Shown here: in pieces, positions 12,151 through 27,060 of the stretch
How the letters are laid out: each line of letters starts with the position of its first letter
How positions within the stretch are numbered: the first letter of the stretch is position 1
Origin: the human T2T-CHM13v2.0 reference genome, Homo sapiens
NCBI RefSeq assembly: GCF_009914755.1
Contig: NC_060925.1
Reading direction: 5' to 3' (one strand)
Length of the DNA stretch: 64,000 nt
Position numbers and translations under genes: made by a program
The notes under the pieces: generated by a model
The model's input: the letters and a program-made list of their open reading frames with translations, nothing else
Database searches by the model: none
What the model was told of the DNA's origin: nothing

Positions 12151-13204
12151 AGGCCAGCAAAATCCTTGAAAAATGCCCTCTTCTCTGTGGCCGGCTCCGA
12201 AGCAGGCTCCCCACCTGGAAGAGGCCCACCATCACTGCCTACTTGTCCAGCTGGGGATGAAGCCAAGGGGCCAAGGAGGGTCCCTGGCAGGGGAGGGCTG
12301 AGGGGGACTGGCTTAACAGAGGGGCAAGCCGCACCTCCAACCCCAGCGAGCTCCTCCAAACTGGCCTTCCTCTCGTGGGCTCTCCTGGCTCCTGAGAAGT
12401 CCTCAGCTCTGTCTCATACCAGGAAGCCTCTAACTCCCAGTGTCACCTTCTTGGCCCATGAATTGGGCTCAGGCTTAGGTCACAGCTTGGCCTCAGGGCT
12501 CTGTGTGGCTCCAGCACAGCGGACCGGACCGGAGGCAGCCAGCTCTTACCCAAGCACTGGCTCTCCAGCCACTCAGCTCCCCCACCGCTCCCCCACCCAT
12601 GGCCTGGCCTGGGTTGGGGGTGGGAGCAAGATGGAGCCTGGGGTTGGGGGTGGACAGGTATCACACATGGCTCCATGGCCCAGAGGCTGCTTGCTCCAGG
12701 GCGTTCTCAGGGGCCCATGAGGCCTGGCAGGGTACCAGCCTTCGGGGAGAAGAGCTGGGGATCGACATGGCCCAAATCTGGCCTCTCCCTGCACTTCCAG
12801 CTCATCCTCCGTTCTCCTTCCCCTCTCCTGGGAAGTCAACGGCCCTGAACTGGCCAGGAGGAACGCCCTTGTGCCCTGGGAGAGGATCACACTTTCCCCC
12901 CATTTCCTTTTAGGGAAGTGCTGGCCACAACCCCAAACAGTAGCCCCTCCTCTTCCCCCAACCCCCACATCCCACTTACCCTGCTCTAAAAGGTGCTCTC
13001 AGAGTCAGTAGAGCCTGGGGATGTGGCATCGGTGGGGGCATAAAGTGACCCAAGGTCTGAAAGCCAAGGTAGGTTGTTGGGTGGGCAGCTGGCAGCCCTG
13101 GCAGATCCAGGACAGTCGGCAGAAGTCTTGCTGGCAGCCCAGCACCCAGGGAGCCGGGAGCAGGTTTAATTTGCCAGGCAGCCAGGAGTGCCAGCAGGGG
13201 AGGC

Positions 13205-13470
13205 ACCCGCAAACAAAACAAAAACAAAAAAGTTAATTATCTTTGGCTTTTTCTTAATAAATATCCAAACTGGCCCGGCCGGATCCTCCACTTTGGAGGG
13301 AGAGAGAAGGAGGAAAAAACCCCAAACCAAAATCCAACAGACTGATTCTCTTGTGTCTCCCTTCCCCTTTGTCTCACCCTTGTAGGTTTCTCTTATCAGA
13401 AGCAGCGACGGTTTCACATTAATTTCCCAGTTTTTGTGAGTTCAAGAGTGTGGCCACAAAAACTTTAAAA
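13205..13470. promoter_or_regulatory. Candidate conserved element
   Basis: GCAAACA, GTTAATTA, CTTATC (GATA), ATTAAT; also holds a plus-strand splice-site pair. Confidence 0.45.
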
Positions 13471-13499
13471 AAAAGTTTTGGGGTGGAAACGTGGAGTGT

Positions 13500-13671
13500 G
13501 AGAGAAGAGAGAGGTAGGTGGGAAGAAAAAGGTGAGAAGAAACAGAAGAGAAGCAGAGACAGAGAGAGAGAAAGAGAGACAGGCAGAGAGAGAGAGAGAA
13601 ACAGAGACAGAGAAAGAGAGAGAGAGACAGAGAGAGAGAGAAAGAGAGACAGAGAGAGAAAGAGAGATAGA

Positions 13672-13708
<37 letters not shown>
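13500..13708. repeat. Compound (GA)n-rich + (AC)18 microsatellite
   Basis: GA/GAGACA tract 13500-13672 followed by AC repeat 13673-13708. Confidence 0.95.
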
Positions 13709-13715
<7 letters not shown>

Positions 13716-14344
13716 GAAGCAGGGACCTGGGCTAGTTGGGTTGCCCTGTGGGCCTGGCCCAGCCTGTGGCCCCAGCCCGGGCGGGGACCTGTTCTGGAAT
13801 GTTGGGTTGGCATTTTGTCTCAGTTACAATGATCAGCTGCAGAAGATATGGGATTTCTCATTTTAAGCTCTGAAACCACTTAGGTTTCTCTGGCTACTTC
13901 AGTTACCCTGTTGCTGCTGGTTCCTGCTCCAAGCCTCCCTTCTAGGAGCAGGGCTGGGGAGAAGCCAAGGGAGGGGTCCCAGGAGGGGAGGCCCGCTGTC
14001 CTTATGGGAGGTGTGAGGTTTTCTATGTGGAGCTGCCAGCGTACTTGGGGAGAAGACACGTGTGCTGCTGCCTGAGTCTAGGTGTTTGGATGGTGTATGT
14101 ACACGCCTGAGCCTGAACTGTCAGACACACATGATAGGCACATGTGTGTCAGGGGTGGGGTGGGGGTTAGCCAGGACATCAAGCAATCCCTCATGGAGCA
14201 CCAGCTCTGGAGTCTCAGTACCTGGGTTCACACCGCAGCTCCATCTTCTACAGGCTCTGCTCCCTGAACCCAGGCACTGACCCTCTACCTTCCCAGCATC
14301 TTCAGGAAATCATCGTTAGTGGAACCCTAGGTCTGCTGATAGTG

Positions 14345-14529
14345 GGGGACAGAGAGGGACTGCTAATGAGTACAGGGTTTCTTCCTGGGGGAATGAAAAT
14401 GTTCTAAAATTAGATAGTGGTGATGATGGTACAACCTTGTGAATATCCTAAAAACCACTGAATTGTACATTTTAAAAAGGTGAATTTTATGGTATATGAA
14501 TGATATCTCAATAAAGCGGTTATTAAAAA
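14345..14529 (+). mobile_element. Old L1 (L1M-type) 3' end fragment
   Basis: Characteristic AATGTTCTAAAATTAGATAGTGGTGATG...CCACTGAATTGTACATTTTAAAA...ATCTCAATAAAGC. Confidence 0.85.
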
Positions 14530-16384
14530 GTGGGGGAAAGACGGGGGATCATATTAGCACTTCCTGAATAGAGTTGTTGTCACACAGCACTCAGCCCGCA
14601 CACAGTCAGTGCTCAATAAGGATTAGCTGTTAATATGGATCAGTCCAAGGCCTGGGCTGGTGTCCATGGGTGTATACCATTGGTGCTTACAAATATCTAC
14701 TTGGGCCCCTGATGCCAGGGCCAGCAGGTTGTCAAGGAGCTGAGCTGCCCCAGGTGTCTGGTGGGGCTCCTGGGCAGCTGCTCCCTGGCAGGGAAGCGGG
14801 TACGTGGCCCTCCTCCTGCCTCCTGCCCGGGTCCCTGGAGAGGAGGCTGCCCACCGTGGCAGCCGGGTTCCCGTGCGCACTCTCCCTGTCTCGCAGACAC
14901 TCATATTCTCCATGTGCAGCAGACCGTGAATTCACCTTCATACTAGTTACAGGGTTATTTAGCTTCTCCTGATGCTGACAATCACAAACTTTAATTCGCT
15001 GCCTGGCTTCTCCCTGCTGTGCCCTCTGCCCACCCCCAAAATCCTTGGGAGAGGATGGGAAGGACTTAGGTCCAGCCCCCTCTCGCCAAAGCTCGCCCTT
15101 CAGAGTGATGGAGTGATGGGAGGAGGGGGGGCGCGGTCAGAAGAAGGAGATAACGGGCAAAGGGCTGGAGGGAGAACAGTGCGGGAGAGAGGAAGTACCA
15201 CCAGGGCTAAGGGGAGCTTCTGTCCTGCTCCTCCAGCCTGACACTAATGTATTCAACCTGACATCCCATCTTGTCGTGAATGAAGACTCGGCCGATCAGG
15301 CTGCTGGTTTGAGGGCTGGCAGCCTTGGCCGGGACGGACTGGGGCCAGGGCTCAGGCCTGGGGCTGAGCCCCTAGGACCAGGCAGCTGACGGGGGGCTGG
15401 CTTTCCTGCCTCCTGCTGAACTAACAGGTGCTCGTCCAGGAGCCGACCTGAGGGAGCCCATTCCTGCCAGCCTGACAAGCCAGGCCTCAGTTTCTCCACC
15501 TCCCCCGGCCCATCCCCCGTTGGGCTGAGCCATCCTGCCTACTGAGGCTTCTCTTGGGCTTCCGGCCCCGCTGCCTGGGCGGCGTCTGTCTTCCTTTGCG
15601 GACAGCAGGTGGATCCACTCAGAGCTACTGCCAAACATTAGATGGGAAATAGAGACTCCGAGACGTCCCCTACCAAGCACTCGAATCACACAATCCTGAG
15701 ATGAGTGTGGGTACAGGTCCCAACCTAGGTGACACATGTCCGCTTCCTTGCCTGCTGGGAGGAGCTGCTGCTGCCTTGCTCCCCGCAGGCCAGCCCTGGC
15801 GGGGTCTTCATCACCCTCTTGCCTTGGCTTCAGCAGATCCCCTGCTTTCTGTCTTCCCTATGCACCTGCACCCTTTCAAGGAGCGCGCCCAGCTTCCAGA
15901 AGGTCCACAGAGGCCTCCCACTGGCTCAGAGGCCAGTGAAGGTCAGAGATCTCAGACCCCTCCTCTCATCCACCACCTGCCTCCTGAAGTGGCCACCATC
16001 ATCGTTCCCCAAAGCCTCCTGGGCTAGTGAAGGAGGAAAGATTTGCTCTGAGAAGCATCTGGGTGGAACAGGGAACTCACCCACAAAATCCAAGCCAGCC
16101 CCATCAGTCACTTGTTAGAGAGTCCCAAGGGCAGAAGGCCAAGCCAAGAGGAATCACGAAGACCAGAGGCCTGGCAATGACCCGGGCCAGGGAGCTTGGA
16201 GAGGGAGACGCGGGGCTGGAGGCAGTGCTGGGAGGAGAGGGAGGCCAAGAACCCCATCGGTGGGTCCAGGTTTGTGTCTGCCTCCTCCCAGCCCCATTCC
16301 ACTGCCCCACCCCTGCCAGCGGGGGAAGTGGCCACGGTGGCCTGGGCAAGAGAGATGTCAATGGGGCCGATGGGAGAAGGGGCT

Positions 16385-16535
16385 TGTTGACTGCAAACTG
16401 TCCATTATGGGTTAGATTATAAGCATATTGCACAGGGCTCTCTGCACGATGCCGGGGAAATCCAATACGCTGAAAGGTTAATGCAATCAATTAGGGTGAC
16501 AAGGAAGTAAAGTAAAGCCTTCCGAGTAGATGAAA
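16385..16535. promoter_or_regulatory. Candidate conserved element
   Basis: CCATTA, GATTA, GTTAATGCAATCAATTAG, GGAAGT; abuts (GA)n. Confidence 0.55.
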
Positions 16536-16537
16536 AG

Positions 16538-16550
16538 GAGAGAGAGGGAG

Positions 16551-16584
<34 letters not shown>
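16538..16584. repeat. (GA)n microsatellite
   Basis: Read directly. Confidence 0.9.
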
Positions 16585-16587
<3 letters not shown>

Positions 16588-17312
16588 CATGGAGTTGTGG
16601 GGGTGCTATGGGTGGTGGGAAGGCAAGGAGGAAGAGGAAATAGAGGGATGCAGAGAGGAGGCCTGGAGGGGAAAGAGAGATGGACAAAAGGCCAGGAGCC
16701 CTCAAAAAGAGGACAGCAAGAGAGACGGCAGCAGACCTAGCACGAGAGGAGGCCCAGCAGACTCTGCAGCAGACCTCTGGCCGCGGCCGCAGCTCCCGTC
16801 TCCTTGCCCACTCCCTTCCAGCCTTTCCTCTCGGGCTTGGAGCCTGATTCCCACCTTGGCCCACAGCAGTAGAACCGGGCCAGGGCGGCCTTGGTCCCTG
16901 GTCCTAGACAGAGCCAGCACCCACTGTGTAACCTCCAGGGCCTTCTCAGCCAGACTGCAGCCTGGTTCCCACCCACCACCTATAGGCCCAGTCTCAGACC
17001 TGGACTACCCCCTCAGCCTGCTTGCCCCTCAGCAGCTCCCGATAACTCAACCTTCACAGCTTCTCCCAGGCACCCCAGCTCCTCCTTGCCACAAGCCTGG
17101 GAAGCAGACAGCAGTTTACAAATAGAGAAACTGGCGCTCAGAGGTTATGCTGCTTCCCAGGGCCCTGACACAGAAATAGAAGACCCAGGGCTGCCAGTCC
17201 ACGACCTGTGGGGCTTTTTTTTTCAAGGTGCTCCCTGGAATCAGGAGCCCACCCTTCTCCATAGGGTCAGACTCCGAGGCCCCCTAAAGTGCAGGAGCTA
17301 AAACCTCTCGAG

Positions 17313-17531
17313 CGGGGGCCGGAAAACTTTTTCCCTAAAGGGCCAGAGAGAAAATTATTAACCTTTTAGGCTTTGTGAGCCAAACAGTCTCCGTTGTAGC
17401 CATTCAACTCTCTCTGCAAGTATAGAGTGAAAGCAGCCATAGCTAATACCTGAATAAATAGGCATGGCTGTGTTCCAATAAAACTTTATTTATAAAAGCA
17501 GACTGTGGGTCAAAGGGCTCTGCCAAGCCCT
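17313..17531 (+). mobile_element. MER58A-like hAT-Charlie DNA transposon
   Basis: AAACTTTTT...AAAGGGCCAGA...TTTAGGCTTTGTGAGCC...GAAAGCAGCCATAG...GGCTGTGTTCCAATAAAACTTTATTTA. Confidence 0.8.
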
Positions 17532-17959
17532 GCTCCAGAGAATGGAAGCACTTGGGGCTGAATTTCAGGACACGGAATGGCTGGCTTCACCCTGCTGCCT
17601 GGGGACGGAGTTATCTACCCTGTCAGGACCTCATGGGCGGAGGTTTCTAGAGGAAGCAAGGTTCTCGTGATCAGAGGGTAGAGCAAAGGAAGGGACAGAG
17701 AACAAGGCACGGCGTGGGAAGCCAATATCCAGGAACTGGTCCCAGCTTGGGGCATCCTGAGGAGCCTTCCACGGCACTCAGATCCTCATGGACCATGTGA
17801 AGGCATGGAGGCTCGCAGCTCTGAAGATTCTAGAATTCTCAACTCCATGAGACAGGGGTGAGGCCATGGTTAAGAGGAGGACGGGAGTGGCCAGAAGGGA
17901 GCAAGAAGGGGCACCAGGGAGAGAAAGGCCGAGAGGACCCGGGATGGAGCTGTAACCAG

Positions 17960-18500
17960 GGTGGTGCTGGCGGCAAAGGGAGGAATCCACCGGCCCCAGC
18001 GAGAGCGCAGGGCGCGGGCCGGGCCTGCCCTACACCGGGCCGCCTCTGATCACGTTTTCAGGGCCACTGCCCGCCAGCGCAGACAATGCTGGGGGAGCCT
18101 TTGAAGTCCGAAAGGGATGCCGCGGTGGGAGCCGGGGAATCTCCTCCCTTCTCCGTCCTCCTGGGGGGAAGGGGGCCGGTAGGACAAAACCCAGAGCCGG
18201 TCGGTCGCAGCCGGGGCCCGAAACGCGAGAGACAAAGGGAAAACAAACAGGTTTGGAGCCAGGCGCACGGTGCCGTGTCTGTCCCCCGCCCCGCCAAGCG
18301 GGGATGATGGATGGCTGCAGCCAGCCAGCTCGCCCGCCGGGCAGGCCCCGCTATTTACATAACACTGGCGTTCCACCGGTCACCTCTGACACAGCACTGC
18401 CTGGGGCCCGAGGCCCGGTGGCCCCGCGGTTTCTCGCGCCACCACCCCGGGGACTGACACAGCCCGTGAAGGCTGGGCCAGGCTGGGGCAGCCCCGTATG
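17960..18500. promoter_or_regulatory. Small orphan CpG-rich island
   Basis: Locally elevated CpG; forkhead-like AAACAAACA (18241-18249) and TATTTAC. Confidence 0.5.
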
Positions 18501-20849
18501 CTTGGACTTCAGGGGAGCCCCGTGCCTGAGGAAAGGCAGGACATGGCAGCCTGTCCTGGCCTCGGCCGTGGCCTTCTCCCTGCCAGCCTCTTAGGGAGGA
18601 TGGAGGAAGCCACTAGGGGTGGCACAGCCTCCGAGGAGCGAAGGCAGGACTGGGGTTCTGGGGCCTTCGAGTCCATGCGGTTCTTGAGGCAGAGCTTGGG
18701 CAGCACGTCCAGGCACAGCCGGCCACCGCCACGGAGGCAATAGCACTGTGAGAGCGGGCACCGCAGGCTGGGTAACCTGAGCCCAGCCACCACAGGTGCC
18801 CCACTGCCCCACACTGCCCTGAGCACGTTCCTTCCCCAAAGTCTGCAATCCATATGTCCCCAGACCATTTCCAGCCTAAAAGCCAAACCGAGGGGATCCT
18901 ACTGGCGGGAGGGCATCTTTTCCTATCAGGGCGGAATGGGTGGGGTGGCTGCAGTTCCCCATCTCCACCTTCTCATCTCCCCCTGGGTGCTCAGCAGGAC
19001 TGAAGCCAGCCCAGGGTGACACGTGCATTAGGTGAGTGGTCACCAGTCGGGGAGAGGACGCGAGGCTCAGGGAGGGGCTCAGGCCTTACCTCGTAGCAGG
19101 TCCTAGAACCTCCTCGGATGTAGCTGGGGGTGTCACTTCATCCTGGAGAGGCAGAGAGAGGAGCCCTGTTAGCTTTTCCAAGCCCATGACTCCCCAGTGC
19201 ACGCCCTCCATCCCTCCTGAGTACCCAGGCGCTCCCTGCCCCACATGGGCTGAGGGGCTGATGCTCCAGGGCCAGCCAAGAGGGCCAGAAACTCAGGCAT
19301 GCCGGGTGGGCTCTGATTTGGCTCATTCAGGCATATGCCAGCCACAGTTTGCAAAAACGTCAGAAAGTGGTAGGAACTGACTGCAGGGGCAATGTGGTCC
19401 TCAGGACCTCCCTAGCCAGGCGGAGAAGAGTCAGCCGTGCCGTGCACACTGCTCCGTGGAGGAGGCCGGGAGTGGGGGTGCTGGTGAAGTGGCCTGCACG
19501 CTCCCGTGGAGCTGCAGCGGCCTAGCAGGGATGCCTGGGGACAATGACAGAATACAGCAGCAACTGCTCCTTTACTCTCTTCCCCGGGGCCCCTGAACAT
19601 AAAAATGACAAATGCCAAACTGTTCGCTCTAGCAAGTTGGTGACAGAGGGGCAAGGGCGGGCCAGGGGCCAAGGCATCAGGAAGCCTCCATGCCCCAGGA
19701 TCAGGCTGCCGACAGCACCTTCCACCCCGGGGTCCTACCCATGAGTCATCACAGCCCATGTCCAGAGACCGTGCAGGGAGAGGGACGATGGTCAGACAAC
19801 GTGGAGGCTTTAACCAACACGCGGCCTGGCCCAGCGTGCCAGGCTGGGGCCCTCCTGCCCAGATAATGAGTTTGGGGAGCCAGGTTCAAAGGGGCAGCCT
19901 GTGTGTACGTGGAGAGAAAACACAGGGAGTCCCCCCGCCAGCCTGCTGGCCAGGCCCCCCAACCCTTGCTCAAGCCAGGCCCTGCCCCTGCAGGCCTCAG
20001 AACCCTGTCCAGGCTTGGGGAGGGCTGTCTGTTACGTTTTCTTCTCCCCCTCCCTCATTTGTGGCTTATCAATGATGCAAGAGGAATAACACCAATTTCC
20101 TTAGGCTATGTAATCCCCAAATCAGATTGGGGGGATTGTGGGAGATGAGGTGACCTTGTTGAGGGCTCCCGGAATGCCACCCAGTCCCACCGCCCGCTCT
20201 CCGGTTCCCAGGACATATTTAGACAGATAATGCTAATTGTACTTGACACGTCCTCTTAAGGAGGGCTCGGCTCTCCACCAGCTTTCGCCGCTTGTGTTGG
20301 GCTGCCCGGGCAGAGGGTGCCCACTGGGGCGGAGCCTGCCCTGCCAGATACAGGGCTCTGGGAGGGCTGAGAGCCCGGTGGGTTGGTGGTTAGGAAGTGC
20401 TGCCCCACGGGCCTCTGATGCCCATCTCATCCAGATGATGAGAGGCGGGGGGGTCTGCAGAGAGCTGGGCGGACCCCTGAGACAGGGGGCGGTAGAGAGG
20501 ATGGGGGGCTGTGTAAAGGGGGAATAAGGAAAAGAGAAGGAGCTGGCCAGGAGAGGAGAGGATGGAGGAGGAGGCCGGCAGGGAGGGTCACAGGGTCCGG
20601 GGATGGAGACCCCCAGGCCTCCACTGCAAGGCACCAGGTGGGCTCAGCCATCAGAGCTCGAGTCCTGGCCGGTCAGCCCAGGGCCCTGGCTGGGGTGTCA
20701 TCTTCACTGTCCCGTCCGTCCCACACACTCCTGTCTGAGATCTCTCAAGGTGCCCTGGCCAGCCTCCTGTGGACCCCCAAAGCCCCCCAACTCCACAACT
20801 CTGGTATCTCCCTTCCACCACCTTTCTCTCCCCTCCCATCCTCCCTGGC

Positions 20850-21120
20850 AACTGTGCATTTATTAATTCATGAGGCACTAATTAGTTCTTTGTTTAATTT
20901 TGTGTTAAACAGACTGACCAGAATGATAACGACTTGCAGCGCGGTGTTGCCGTCCCCAACCACCCCTGTTTTCTGACAACAAGGGAGCGCGGGAGACCGG
21001 AGCGCTGAACCCAAATCCCTCAGCAGTTGCACTTCATTAAGTCAAAATGTGACAAGAAGCTTAGAGAGCAACTTGCAGATCTGATCACACAGAACAATCA
21101 GGGAGGAAACTTTCCAGGAG
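20850..21120. promoter_or_regulatory. Candidate conserved enhancer
   Basis: ATTAATTCAT, palindromic ACTAATTAGT, TGTTTAAT, GATAA, AACAAT (SOX), TGACA. Confidence 0.6.
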
Positions 21121-22297
21121 TTGGTCGGGGGTGGAGGAGGGAGGGGAGGGCCAGAGATGTGTACGTACAGGGACCAGGACATGCACGGGGTCCTGTACCC
21201 CACCTGCCCAGGGCAGGTGTCCTGGCTGATGGGAGCAGGGAAGCTGTCCCTGGGTGGGATCTGGGACCCTGGGATACTGGGACCCCAGTGGGGGCCTAAG
21301 AAGTAGCTGAGAGTTCATCTTGGTCCCTTCTTCCTTCTCTGGGCATCTTTTCTTGTCTCTCTGCCTCTCACTGTCCCCACTGTCTGCTTTGTGAGTGGCC
21401 CATATGAGTGAGTGGCCAGCACATCTGGGACCTGGTAGCTGATGTAGTTAAGGAAGGATTCTCCAAGGCCGGGGGAGAGGCACAGTACTGGGAAGACCCA
21501 GAGGACAGCAGGGGCCCTACACTCAGCGGGGCTGAAGTGAAGTGAACTCTTCCAGGCTAAGAAAGAAAAGCCATGTGCTCAGAGATCATGGCAGAAAGTG
21601 CCTAAGAAATGCCAACACACCCATTCTCTGCCAGCCGTCTGTCCATCTGTCCATCCATCCATCCAATGTTCCTAATCTTAAGTACTCTGGCCAAAAAACT
21701 GAGGACCCAAAGGTTCAGAGTTCTGTCCAGAGGTAGATGGCAAATCAGAAACAGAACTGGGTCCTGGAGCTTCCAGGCTATGGGGCTGATGGTTGGTTGG
21801 TAGCTGAGCTAAAAGTGACAACAGCCTTCTGACCTCCTTCCTCCTGTCCATGTGAAAAAGCAGGATCTTGGCCCCAGAGGCATCAGGCTGCCCATCCCAC
21901 CATCCCATTGCACAAGTAAGGATGAGTGATACCAAAAGCAAACCCTGCCCTAAACTAAGGGCAGTGGCCCTACCCACCTTTTACCCACCCTTAATCTCTG
22001 AAGACACCAGCAATGTCTTGGGTAAGAAGAAGAGCACAGAAGGGATGTGAGGAGGAGGAAAAGAAAAACAAAAGTACAGAGAAAAGTTGGCAAACGTGAG
22101 CCCTTATGTGTGCAAAGAGCCTGGTGCCTTCTTCCTATCGGCTGCTGCACCTGCCCAGGTGAGGCCCGGCACTCCCTCCATCTCATCCCTGGGGCCTGCT
22201 GTGAGAGTGAGCCTGGAGGCAGCCTCATCCAGCCCTTCTCCTGGCCGGTTCTGAAGCACAGTGGTCTCTCCCTGAGCCCGGCAGCCCTGGGCTGGCT

Positions 22298-22360
22298 TCT
22301 GTTAATTTGCTGTCAGGCTGCCTAAGCAAACCAATTAAAACTAATCATTAATTATAAAAG
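22298..22360. promoter_or_regulatory. Short homeodomain-site cluster
   Basis: GTTAATT, TGTCA, CCAATTAAAA, CTAATCATTAATTAT. Confidence 0.45.
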
Positions 22361-23114
22361 AGAGTGAGAAGAGGAGGAGAGGAGAGAGTGAAAGACAGAG
22401 GGGAAGAGGAAGAGGGAAGGTGGGCTGGAGAGGGAAGACCTGGGGGCCTGCAGGCGGCTCGGAGTGGGGCCTGGTGGGCTGGGCGCTGGGAGGACCAGAG
22501 GCTCCTCCGGCACAAGAGGTGCCAGGGTCGGGGGAGGGCAGGAAGGAAGCAAGGGATGGAGGACGGGGGGGGGCCATGGGTGAGGGACGGAGGGAGTGCC
22601 ACGAGAGATGGGACGGGGGAGAGTGACAGGCGGAGAAGTGGCAGGGACCAGCGTACCAGGACCTGAAGGGGCCTCCTCCATCTGCAGTTCCCTCTTGCTG
22701 GAGCCACTGCTGGTCCAGGACTTGGCTTTGGAGCCTCTCACCCACAGCTGCCCAGCTCCATATTTATGAAGCACCAGGCCAGGCTCCTCGGCCAGCACTC
22801 CTACCTGCTCCCCAGGCCTCCCGGGGCCATGGGGGCTCGGGGCAGCTGTCGGGCTGCCCATCCGCCCCCGCACTCCACTGCGTCTCCTTCCCCCTGCCCC
22901 CAGCCCCATCCTCACGCACAGCCTCTCCCTGGCCAGCCCTTTCACAGGGGCTGGGGCCATGTCAGCCCGGCAGTGTGAGGAGGGGGGCGGCATAGACAAC
23001 AGGGGCAGCGTCATGGAAACGGGCACTTTCCCGGAGAAATATTCTGTTTGGCCTCCTTCCTGTATTGAGGAGCTGTCAGGAGCCCGAGTGAGAGTCTCAC
23101 TACCCCGGGACCAG

Positions 23115-23270
23115 GCGTGACAAAACCTATTTTCTGCCTCAAATTTGATTGATTAAAAAACTTTTTAGGAAAAGCATGTTAAAAGAGTGAAAAAGAAAGA
23201 GAGAGCGGGAGAGGGGGAGAGAGAGAGAGGGAGAGAGAGAAAGAGAGGAGAAAAGAAAGCGAATCAAAGT
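23115..23270. promoter_or_regulatory. Candidate element with PBX and TCF motifs plus GA tract
   Basis: TGATTGAT 23146-23153, ATCAAAG, GA-rich tract. Confidence 0.4.
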
Positions 23271-24445
23271 GCTGCCCGGAGGACGGCTGGGGAGAGAAAG
23301 GCCCCAGGCAGGGGCTGAGCAGTGCCCCGGGCAGTGCCGCAGGGGGATGCGCACCAGGGGGATCCCATGGCATAACCAGGCAAAACGGAAAGGTCAGAGG
23401 AAGCCCGGAACTTTTACACAGCAGTTAGCAGGACAATGAGGGGGCCGGCGGCCCGCACAGGCCAGCAGGTGCCCGATCGAGACAGAGGCCTCGGGAAAGG
23501 AGCCTGGGCCCCGGACCAGGGAGGGGCGGTGGGGGTGGCTGTCCAGACCCCGGAGTCGGAGCAGGCCTCCGGATTGGCTCTGGGCTCTTTCCAGGCACAG
23601 TCTTGGTTGGAATTGGGCCAGGAACCTGAAAAGTCTACATAGGGTCAAGAGGAAGGGCCCTCGTCCTTTGGGGACAGGAAATGGGTTTTCCCACCTTGCT
23701 CTCCCAAGACCTGGCTTAAGAAGTGTTTTTAATCATAGTAATTTTTAAAAAGCAGGAGACCTCAACTTGACCCTCCACCCTGAGGCTGGCTCAGCACCAG
23801 CTTCCAGCCCACCTTTGCCTGTCTTGGACCTTCCCCAGTCAGGGCCTCAAGTCCTTCATGGGATGTTGCCCTATGTGGTCCCCATGCCTGGCCAGGGACT
23901 TCAATGGTGAATTCGAGGCCCTGCCTGACTCTCTCAAGGCTCCAGGAGAAAAGCTGGCCTCCCCACCCCTCCTGAGACCCCCTTAGGAGGAAGCAACGCC
24001 TCCATTTCCCAGTGGCCCTGCCCGATCTTCTTGGGCAGGACCCCTAGTCTCCCCAGGAGGAAGGGTCCAAGTTGGTGGCCTAGTTTGCTCTCCTTTTCTC
24101 TAAGGGCCTTGAAGGTCAAGATGAGGAGTGGTTCTGGCAAAGGAGTCAGCAAGAAGATTTTCCCAGGTGCTGGGAGGGTGCTTAGCAGTGCCCACTCCAG
24201 TCTCTGCCAGCTCAGGGCTCAGCGTGGTAGGCAGTGCCTCCTCTCAACAGACAGGCACGTCGCCAACAGATGCACAGAAAGACAACACCTGCTCCAGGCT
24301 TTCCCCAGCCCCTGTGCCAGGTCAAGTGACCCTAGATCTCTCTTGTCCCTGCTCCACAGCGAGATCATCAGGCACTCACTGAGCACACACTGTGTGCGTG
24401 ACGCTGTGCCAGGCACAAGGAAGAGAAAACAAGAAGCTTACAAAA

Positions 24446-24895
<450 letters not shown>

Positions 24896-25129
24896 GAAGT
24901 TCATTCAGTATTTCTTGGGCACCTACTACATGCTATTAGATCCTTGTCCTAGACCTAGAGAACATTGGCAAACCAAAGACTCAACCCTCAGGGAGCTTCC
25001 ATTCCTGTGCTGTTGAGGACTCGCGGAAATAATGGTTAGCACAGTAGGTGGCACATAGCAAGTGCTCAATAAATATGGCCTCTTATTAGTTTCCAGGGTC
25101 CCTGCCTTTAAGAAGCTAGGAGAGATGGT

Positions 25130-26045
<916 letters not shown>

Positions 26046-26689
26046 ATCGCTTTTTTAAAAAAGCAACTGCTAGGGAGAGAAGGAATTTGTCCCCATGTGG
26101 CAGCTCAGGGCAGGTGCTGGGGAAGCCAAGCCAGGGGGGTGGGTAGGTGAGACACGGTGACTTCAAATGGGCCCTCTTTCCCCCTCTGCTTGAGAATCCA
26201 CCATCCGAGTGGGGCTCCCGGGGCTCCACAGGATGTGCTGTGTGATCACTGAGGGAGAGGACGAGGCAGAAAGGCTAGGATGGTTGCAGTGAAGGGACCT
26301 CCCCTTAGGACCCCCCCGCTCAAGTGCCTGTGATTCCGCACCCCCGCGGGCTGCCGTTCCCGGCACACACACAGCGCTTCTCCTGTGCGGATCCCAATAC
26401 ACACGGCCCAGCCAATCCATCTCTCCACCATGCTCCCCAGATAACTTTTGCTGCCGCTCAGCATCTTAGTGCAACAAGCGCCCCTCTGGATGGGTCTGAG
26501 TCGATGACTTCCCCACCCACAGGGCTCCAGGGCTTCCCAAGGTCGAGGAGCCCCACCTCGAAGGGAAAGCCTGGAATAACCAGGGAGCCAGGCTCGTGGG
26601 GCAGCCCCCTCAAGCTCCTGCCCCCGCCCTCCTGCCTGTTCCAGAATGCGTGTACATATATAAACCCCTGCCTTGGCCCAGGAACTGTC

Positions 26690-27060
26690 AGGAGATCAAC
26701 AAACAAAAGCTGCTTCTTGACAGGGAGTCATTTATATTTTAGCTTCGTTCCATTATCCTAACGAATCCTTCATCAGCAGATGCAATATTAACAGCAGAAA
26801 ATCAGCTCATTACATCCGGGGGGATTTCATCAAGACGGCAATCATGTGCCGCTCCCAAGCCTTCAAGAGGCCAGTGGGGCTGTTATTTATTTATTTTGTT
26901 ACTTATTTATTTAATTTTTTGGGTTCTTTCCACATAATTGCACTGCATCTCAAATCTTTAATAAATAATTTGTAGGTCCTGAACTGCAGACAGCTTTGCT
27001 CTCTGCCATGAGAGCCTACATTAGCCAAAATATTTACTACAATTTAAGAGTCATTAGAGT
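26690..27060. promoter_or_regulatory. Candidate conserved enhancer
   Basis: AT-rich unique block; AACAAACA, TGACAG, CCATTA, TATTTAC, TAATTG. Confidence 0.55.

Noticed and set aside
13419-13866. RE/SL/CV dipeptide ORFs
   Set aside because: Microsatellite translations
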